From the NCBI GenBank assembly GCA_040772485.1, contig JAXGYC010000007.1:384001-448000 (forward strand): 64,000 nt of DNA, in the 5' to 3' direction. A model generated the notes under the pieces. The model did not search any database. It worked only from the letters and a program-made list of their open reading frames with translations, and had not been told where the DNA came from. Shown in pieces: positions 57,816 through 64,000 of this stretch. Source of the stretch: Sedimentisphaerales bacterium. GTDB taxonomy: Bacteria > Planctomycetota > Phycisphaerae > Sedimentisphaerales > Anaerobacaceae. Within the stretch, counting starts at the first letter, position 1. Each line of letters begins with the position of its first letter. The position numbers and the translations under genes are program-made.

Positions 57816-60476
57816 TCAGTTATACGTGAAATACACGGTGGCCTTGCAGGCGCGGTCCACCCGCACCCGGACCCAGTGGGCGGAATAGCCATCGGGAAAC
57901 TCGTGGTGCCGGTAGCCCTTGCGGAAGCGGAAGACCTGGTACCGGTGCCAACTGCCGTCGCCGAGGAAGTCCACCTCCAGGTCGAACGTCACGTTCTCCT
58001 CGTTGTCGTGGGCCAGGTGCACTACCTTCTTGTCGAAGCCGGTCATGAGGAAGGGGTCCGAGACCTCCTGTGCCTGCACTGGCGTATCCCACCAGGGCCC
58101 GCCCCAGCCGGTCGGCTTGCCCATCTGCCACAGGTCGTCGAGGTCGCCGAACCACAGGCCGGATTGCGGCTGGCCCTGATCGTGATCGATCTGATCCGAA
58201 GCCATCACGAACAGCCCGCGCCAGTGGCAGAAATCCGGGACCACCCGCAAGTGCGAGCAGATCGGCCGGATGCCCCAGATGTGGCCGCCATAGGCGAGCG
58301 CCGGCAATTCATAGAACGTCCCATGCACGTCCATGAGCAACCGTTCGGTCACTGCGTGACGAATCCGCGTCCATTCGGTGTTCCAGGCATGATCCCAACT
58401 GTGGCTGGACTTCGGCAGCAGATAGCGCTGCCACGTGCCGTTGACCAGGACACGCAGCACGACGCTCGATCGCGTCCAGCCCGTCGCGTAGAGCGTGTTT
58501 CCGCCATAGGAACTGTCGCCCGCACTGGCGTGGACTTCGACGAAGGGGCTGCGCTCGATGATGGTCCATTTCTCGCCGTCCCATTGGCCCAGGCGCCCGG
58601 CCCGGCGACGCTCCAGGAATTCCTGCTCGTCGTACGTGTTATTGGCGACTACGACACGGTTCTGGGCCGTGAAGGCGCTCTTGAAGTGCTCTTTGGCCCC
58701 GGCAATCTCCAACTCCTTGCGCAGGTCGAACAGGTGCGTCACTTCGAGGCTGCGGACATCCACCTCCCAGAAGCCCCCTTCCATGCCCAGGAAATAGACC
58801 TTGTTCTGCGGTTCCTTCAGATGCTCGCACGTGGCGCACAACCGGTAGTTCCTGAGTCCCTCGATCATGCGGACGTTGCCATCGATATCGATCGCGTACG
58901 GCCCGATGAACGCCTGCCCGCTGGGCCAGTGCGCGAACCGGTTGGCGAAGGTGCCGGTCAGCGACACCGAAGCCGGGTGACGCCGCATCGTCATGTCTTC
59001 GCCGATCTCGTAGAGGCCAATCCCCTGGCCTCGAATATGCGCGACGTAGCCCACCGCCCAAAGCTTGTCTGCCCACGGGATCAGCGCGCCGATGCCTGCT
59101 TCGGAGTTGCTGCCCAGCCCGTGGGCCATCACCGTCATCTGCGGAAAAACACCATCGACCTGGACAGGTTGCGCGGGCGTGATTCCCTCTCTCGCTGCCG
59201 GCTCGTCGAGGCGTTCCAGATAGACGCGGATCGCCCTGGCAAGACTTCGACCGAACGTGCGGGCGCTCTCGGCGGTTACCGGCTGACCTCCGGCGTTGGC
59301 ATACGGGATCTCGAACGTTGCCGAGAGGCGGAGGTCCTCGATGTCCGCCGCCCATCGGCTGAAACTCCGCCCCGCGCTGAAATTGCCCGACGTATTCCAC
59401 GCCTTGCCGAAGGGCAGATTGTCAGAGGCGCGGTAAACCAGCGGACCGCGCTGGACCTCTTCGAGCAGCCGCCCGAACTGTCGCTGCTCCTGCCACATGC
59501 GTTCGTCGGAATGCCCCGGGATGTAGATCACTTCGTTGTACTCACCCCGAATGTAAGGACAGTGCAGATCGAACGCGGCACGAAGCCTGCCGTTTGACCA
59601 ATTCGGTACGAACGTCCGCAGCGCGGCAACGGAAGGATAGACGCTGGGACCGATGTAGTCGCGGTTGTGGTCGCGCCCGTTGCGGTTCTTGCCCTGGTCG
59701 CCCGCTTCGACGCCATCTTTGTCTACGAATGGAATCGCCAGGACCTCGACGTTCCGCCGGAACCACTGACCATCGTCGCTGTCGGACAGGACGATGTCGA
59801 GGACGCCTTCCAGAACGAAGCTGGCTGTCGATTCACAGGCGTGGTGTCGGGCGGCCAGCAGGACTCTAAATCGCGGATCGCCGTTGAGCTGCCCCGCATG
59901 AATCCGCTCGACCGACCGGCCGCTCTGGGTCTTACAGAGTTCGTCGACACGAAGATTCGCGTGATCCGCGAAGCCCGCGATGAATTCCTTCAGGTTCGCT
60001 TCGACATAGGGTATTGCGAAGCAGAATCGCACCTCTGCGGCATCCCGCGGGAACGCGTATGCGAACGAGCTGGCCTTCACAGCGTCGGTTCCGAGCCATG
60101 ACCAGGTCCGGCCTTGGTCGGTGCTGACCGCCGGACCGCGAACGCCGATCGGGTTCTCACCGCTGAACCGAAACGTCAGCGTCCGACCCTGCGCCCCTGC
60201 GACGCGGAAGTTCCAGTAAAACCACCAGCCCTGCGTGTCGCGCAGGTCGGGCCCGAGGTAAATGGCATCCCCCTCCATCCGCTCGACCACGATATTGCCG
60301 CCCGGATAGTTCGCATCGACCGTCACGCGATTCGAGACCTGTCCCAAGGCTGCCGGCAGCTCCAGGGCCAGAGCAGACAGAGCAAGGACGAGGATCGTTG
60401 TACGCATGGCAGGTGATGCCAGAAGCCGTCCGCAGAAAGCTCGCAGGAGGACGCCAAACCGATATGAGCACGCCAT
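57816..60476 (-). CDS. Secreted M14-type (cytosolic-carboxypeptidase-like) zinc peptidase fused to an uncharacterised ~430-aa C-terminal domain
   Basis: WFYWNF N-domain; ARHHACE (HxxE), DHNRDY, FDLHCP, TFEIPY; W/G-rich beta C-terminal half. Confidence 0.75.
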   Translation of the reverse strand: MACSYRFGVLLRAFCGRLLASPAMRTTILVLALSALALELPAALGQVSNRVTVDANYPGGNIVVERMEGDAIYLGPDLRDTQGWWFYWNFRVAGAQGRTLTFRFSGENPIGVRGPAVSTDQGRTWSWLGTDAVKASSFAYAFPRDAAEVRFCFAIPYVEANLKEFIAGFADHANLRVDELCKTQSGRSVERIHAGQLNGDPRFRVLLAARHHACESTASFVLEGVLDIVLSDSDDGQWFRRNVEVLAIPFVDKDGVEAGDQGKNRNGRDHNRDYIGPSVYPSVAALRTFVPNWSNGRLRAAFDLHCPYIRGEYNEVIYIPGHSDERMWQEQRQFGRLLEEVQRGPLVYRASDNLPFGKAWNTSGNFSAGRSFSRWAADIEDLRLSATFEIPYANAGGQPVTAESARTFGRSLARAIRVYLERLDEPAAREGITPAQPVQVDGVFPQMTVMAHGLGSNSEAGIGALIPWADKLWAVGYVAHIRGQGIGLYEIGEDMTMRRHPASVSLTGTFANRFAHWPSGQAFIGPYAIDIDGNVRMIEGLRNYRLCATCEHLKEPQNKVYFLGMEGGFWEVDVRSLEVTHLFDLRKELEIAGAKEHFKSAFTAQNRVVVANNTYDEQEFLERRRAGRLGQWDGEKWTIIERSPFVEVHASAGDSSYGGNTLYATGWTRSSVVLRVLVNGTWQRYLLPKSSHSWDHAWNTEWTRIRHAVTERLLMDVHGTFYELPALAYGGHIWGIRPICSHLRVVPDFCHWRGLFVMASDQIDHDQGQPQSGLWFGDLDDLWQMGKPTGWGGPWWDTPVQAQEVSDPFLMTGFDKKVVHLAHDNEENVTFDLEVDFLGDGSWHRYQVFRFRKGYRHHEFPDGYSAHWVRVRVDRACKATVYFTYN

Positions 60477-60542
60477 TTGATTCCCTTCCTGTGGATCGTC
60501 TGATATCCCGTCGGCTCGATACTCCTTACCGTCCGACGGCAC

Positions 60543-60571
60543 ACTATACCCGGCAGTATCGACCCTGTCAA
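60543..60571 (-). promoter_or_regulatory. Promoter of the M14-M16-M16-sulfatase cluster
   Basis: TTGACA-17 nt-TATAGT. Confidence 0.75.
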
Positions 60572-60675
60572 TCGCTCCGACATCCCGGATGTGAACGATG
60601 CCCCACATGCGACTTGGCGCGGTCTCTGCTTGCGATCGTTCCCGGCGCGAGGCAATATCGCAGAAGGAGGTTTCT

Positions 60676-62292
60676 ATGGGCTTTCAAGCCAAGGCACCTG
60701 TGCTGTTGTCGATCGCCGCCCTGACGGGGTTGCCCTGGACCCGTCCGGCGGACGGCCAAATCGCGCCGCCGACGGGGCTTCGCGACCTGGTGGTCTTTGT
60801 CGCCAGAGAAAAGCCCGACCTGTACCGGCTGGTGGGACAGGAGCCCGTTCCGTACGGTACCGCCAGGTTCCACAATCCCAAGGCCATCGTCGCCGATGCG
60901 CAACGAGGATGTCTCTACGTCATCGACGAACCCAGGTTGCTGACGGAGAAGGTAAAGTTGTGGCGCATCGCCGGCGATGGATCGGCGCAAGTCGTTCTCC
61001 AGGCCGACACCGCCAAGGGGGGCGGTCCATTCGGGCTGGATGTGGGCTTGGGCCTCGACGATCAAGGCCGGCCCCTGATCGCCGACCGCGATTCCGGCCT
61101 GTGGCGTCTGAACGCCAACGGGCAATTGCAGCAACTGCTCGAGAGCAAGGACAAGCCTCTGATCCGTATGACGGCGGTGACCGGTGCGGGGAATGGATGG
61201 CTGGTCGCAACCAGCTATCTCCACGAGACCTCACAGAACTCCGCCGGAATGATCCTGATCCATAGGAACCTGGGCGGGCTCTTTCGGATCGCCCCGCAGA
61301 CGAATCCCTCCGCCGCAGCCTGCTTGGTTGAGAACCGCTGGCCCGGCAGTGAGGAATACGACACGTACTGGCGAAGGCCGACTCACCTGTTCATCGATGC
61401 GTCCGGTCGGATCGTCCTCGTGGACGCCGGCAGCACACGAACGAGCAAGGAGCCTGTCTATACGGGCGCCCAACGCCGTAGCCAATACTCCTTGCAGCGA
61501 GTCACGACATCGATTATCGGTGGAGGCGTCTTCATCCGCCATCCGGATGGGCGGTTCGAGGATCTCACCTTCAAAACCCCTGACGAAAGCTCGGGACCGC
61601 TGCGCCGTCCGACCGGGGCCGCGCAATGGTCCGACGACACGTATGTCGTCGCCGATCCGGAAATGTACGTCGAGGGCATCAATGGCGCCGGCGGACTGCT
61701 GCTGAAGCTCGACGGCTCGCGCGAGGCGAGATGGCCGTTCGGCTACCATATCCAACCCGTCGGCGTCGCCATCCTGCGAGGCGCCGGCACGCCTGCCCAG
61801 GCCACACCTGTCAGACCGGTCCGGATCGAGGACCTTGCGGGCGTCCACACCGCCGGAAGAATCGCCCGCATCGAAAGCGTCTCCTGGGAATGCAAGCCCG
61901 CGAACACGAACGACCCGGTGATCGGGATCGGAATGGGTTGGGACGCCCAGCCCCGCGACAAGGCCGAGGCCAAATTGCGCGAGGTCTTCGAAGGCGCCCG
62001 ATGGGCCATTGCGGCTGACGGCACGCTCGGCTTCTGTGCCAATGGCGTCGATACTCAGGCCGAGGGAACTCCGCTGGTCATGAACGGCAAGGTGACCGCG
62101 ACCGGCCAACTGCTTACGGCTCTGGCGCACTATCGCGGCAAGAGCATGTTCGATACCCAGGTCGGCTCCGTGGACGCTCGCCTGCGCAGCGGCGACGAAC
62201 CGGGCACGATCGAGATGGACGTGACGATCAACGTCTTCACCAAGACCGAGCGGCTCAAAGGCGCCTTCACCCAGGCAATGCCCATCAAGTAG
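60676..62292 (+). CDS. Hypothetical secreted protein: NHL/beta-propeller-like N-terminal part plus beta-rich C-terminal domain
   Basis: AAGGAGG RBS; signal-like N-terminus; FHNPKAIVAD...LYVID, PTHLFIDASGRIVLVD and PTGAA...YVVAD repeats. Confidence 0.6.
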   Translation: MGFQAKAPVLLSIAALTGLPWTRPADGQIAPPTGLRDLVVFVAREKPDLYRLVGQEPVPYGTARFHNPKAIVADAQRGCLYVIDEPRLLTEKVKLWRIAGDGSAQVVLQADTAKGGGPFGLDVGLGLDDQGRPLIADRDSGLWRLNANGQLQQLLESKDKPLIRMTAVTGAGNGWLVATSYLHETSQNSAGMILIHRNLGGLFRIAPQTNPSAAACLVENRWPGSEEYDTYWRRPTHLFIDASGRIVLVDAGSTRTSKEPVYTGAQRRSQYSLQRVTTSIIGGGVFIRHPDGRFEDLTFKTPDESSGPLRRPTGAAQWSDDTYVVADPEMYVEGINGAGGLLLKLDGSREARWPFGYHIQPVGVAILRGAGTPAQATPVRPVRIEDLAGVHTAGRIARIESVSWECKPANTNDPVIGIGMGWDAQPRDKAEAKLREVFEGARWAIAADGTLGFCANGVDTQAEGTPLVMNGKVTATGQLLTALAHYRGKSMFDTQVGSVDARLRSGDEPGTIEMDVTINVFTKTERLKGAFTQAMPIK

Positions 62293-62322
62293 GATCCGCA
62301 GGTCCCCTTCTCACGCTGTCTC

Positions 62323-63843
62323 TTACCACATCGGGTCCCAGACGGGCAGCTTCTCGGCGGGCAGTTCGAGAACTCTGCGCACCTCGTCGGGCACGTAGTC
62401 GCGATGCACGATGATGTTGTAGACGTTGTCGACGAACCAGTCGTCGTACATGGTCCAGAGTCCGCCGCTGCCGCGGTCGCTGCCCCAACTGTTCTCCACG
62501 AGCCACTTGACCGGCTGGCCGTCCGCCAGGTCGACGCCGATGAACGCCATGCCGTGGTTGATCGTGCTGTCGCGGAACAGCAGCCGCTCGGTCTTGTTCA
62601 GGCCCATTTCAAGGGCGTAGATAGATTCGTAGTCGTACAGATTGCGGGCCATGATGCCGGCCTTGCTGTCCTGGTCGGGCGAGACGTCGGCCGCGAAATA
62701 CACCGGCTTGTTGTCCAGCAGAACCTTCACGACGAGGTCTTTCAGCGTCTGAAGGTCCACGTTGGCGTAGTGGGCGTTCTGCCCATCGTAGAGGTTCTTG
62801 GTCAGTTGGACTTCGTAATGGCCGCCTTTGGGCCGGATCGGGTCGTCCGCGACGTTGACGTACTGGCTCAGGTCCAGGCCGACGAACTCGCTGTAGAACG
62901 CCTGGGGCGTGAAGATGCGAAGCTCGCTCCAGTCCTGTTCCACGTCGTAGTCATCCTGCGGCTCTTCGGCCGCTTCGTCTTCCTCTTTCTCCTCGTCCCG
63001 GGCTTCGTCCCCATCCTCGCTTTCGTCCTCTTCCTTGTCGGCCTGCTTCTTGTCTTCCTTATCGCCTTTGTCCTTGGCCTTGTGGCGCCACGCGAATTCC
63101 TGGGGCGGCTCTCCCAGATTCAGGACCAGCACGCGGTACACCTCCGCGAGCATCCCGGGCTTGGCCTCGCGCATCTTGCGGACCGAGCCGGTCTCCTTGT
63201 AGATCTCGCGCAGCTCCACGGCGTCCTTGCGCAGGATTCGCGACAGGGCCCGATTCATCATGCCGGTATTCTCCGAGCTGGCGGTCTCGGCCATCGCCTC
63301 TCTCGGCAGCACGCCGTACTTGGTGACGAGGTCCACGAAGTTCTCCCAGTACCCGCCGTCCGGGGCCGGGTCTTTCAGCAGGAAGACCACATCGCGATCC
63401 TGGATATCGCGGTCGCGATACTCGATCATGTATTCGAGGAACGCGTTGGCCTTCTCCATCTTGTCCCAGAACTGAAGGTAGATGTGCGAGAACTCGAAGT
63501 CGTCCAGATCGAGCTTGTTCAGCACCACCGGCTTGATCGTGTTGAAACCGGCAAACATCCAGCACCGTCCGCTGCTCTTCTGATTGCTGATGCCTGTGGT
63601 CTTGATCTTGTGGCTGAACTGCTTGTTGTGGGCCGCGAGGATTTCGCGGTTCTCGGCGATGTCGCGGATGCCCGTGCTGGTCAGCGCGTTGCGCATCGCC
63701 CGCGCATGGGCGTCCATCTGGAAGTCGCTTCGAATCCGCTCGATCTGCGCCGGCGTCAGTGCCCCGTCCTGGGCCGTCGCCACCACCGCCAGGCCGATTC
63801 CCACCACCAGCACAACCCACAAACGCATCCTCGAATCTCTCAT
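62323..63843 (-). CDS. C1B cysteine aminopeptidase (bleomycin hydrolase/PepC-like), secreted
   Basis: NQKSSGRCWMFA, INHGMAFIG, WLVENSWG, LPVWDPMW C-terminus; signal peptide. Confidence 0.93.
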   Translation of the reverse strand: MRDSRMRLWVVLVVGIGLAVVATAQDGALTPAQIERIRSDFQMDAHARAMRNALTSTGIRDIAENREILAAHNKQFSHKIKTTGISNQKSSGRCWMFAGFNTIKPVVLNKLDLDDFEFSHIYLQFWDKMEKANAFLEYMIEYRDRDIQDRDVVFLLKDPAPDGGYWENFVDLVTKYGVLPREAMAETASSENTGMMNRALSRILRKDAVELREIYKETGSVRKMREAKPGMLAEVYRVLVLNLGEPPQEFAWRHKAKDKGDKEDKKQADKEEDESEDGDEARDEEKEEDEAAEEPQDDYDVEQDWSELRIFTPQAFYSEFVGLDLSQYVNVADDPIRPKGGHYEVQLTKNLYDGQNAHYANVDLQTLKDLVVKVLLDNKPVYFAADVSPDQDSKAGIMARNLYDYESIYALEMGLNKTERLLFRDSTINHGMAFIGVDLADGQPVKWLVENSWGSDRGSGGLWTMYDDWFVDNVYNIIVHRDYVPDEVRRVLELPAEKLPVWDPMW

Positions 63844-63935
63844 GTGAAGCCTCCAAGAACCAGCGGTGACGTTGATCTTTCTGCACTCAAGTTGCGATGG
63901 CCGTCGCGTCCGACCCGCCGCCGGCCGCCGGTGCC

Positions 63936-63965
63936 ACTATCGTCCAGCAACCGCACTCCTGTCAA
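63936..63965 (-). promoter_or_regulatory. Promoter of the C1B peptidase gene
   Basis: TTGACA-18 nt-GATAGT. Confidence 0.55.
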
Positions 63966-64000
63966 CCCTCATCCAGGGTCAATTCCGCTCGGGTGACACA

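Noticed and set aside
53153..60571. Identical 12-mer TTGACAGGGTCG at the -35 of the ppdK and M14 promoters
   Set aside because: Half is the sigma70 consensus; six extra shared bases are too weak to call a shared regulator

Overview
GC-rich bacterial chromosomal window with about 42 protein genes and one tRNA (tRNA-His, 50143-50217). Gene content points to a planctomycete of the Phycisphaerae/Sedimentisphaerales type; this is an inference from a HYExAFE-family gene, large discoidin/LamG surface proteins, an ECF sigma factor with a LolA-like partner, and a Tat-exported sulfatase. Housekeeping and envelope genes: hisS, ppdK, ftsH, nth, bamD, lptE, a DsbD-like protein, a LOG-family protein, a GldAFG-like ABC system and a MacAB-TolC-like exporter. 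Accessory genes: several secreted hydrolases/peptidases and surface proteins, plus a DUF4258/DUF2283 toxin-antitoxin-like pair. I see no transposase, integrase, CRISPR array or rRNA. The most interesting signals are non-coding. (i) A ~390-nt leader (about 29310-29699) carries an 18-nt complement of the 16S rRNA 3' end and a 23-nt complement of a tRNA-like 3' end. (ii) A promoter-hairpin-U-tract unit (25420-25528) looks like a ~75-nt sRNA with an anti-SD-like loop. (iii) A surface-protein promoter is bracketed by 17-bp inverted repeats (candidate invertible promoter). (iv) A ~147-nt rod-like fold-back abuts the TA pair. All family assignments come from motif recognition by eye, not database searches.
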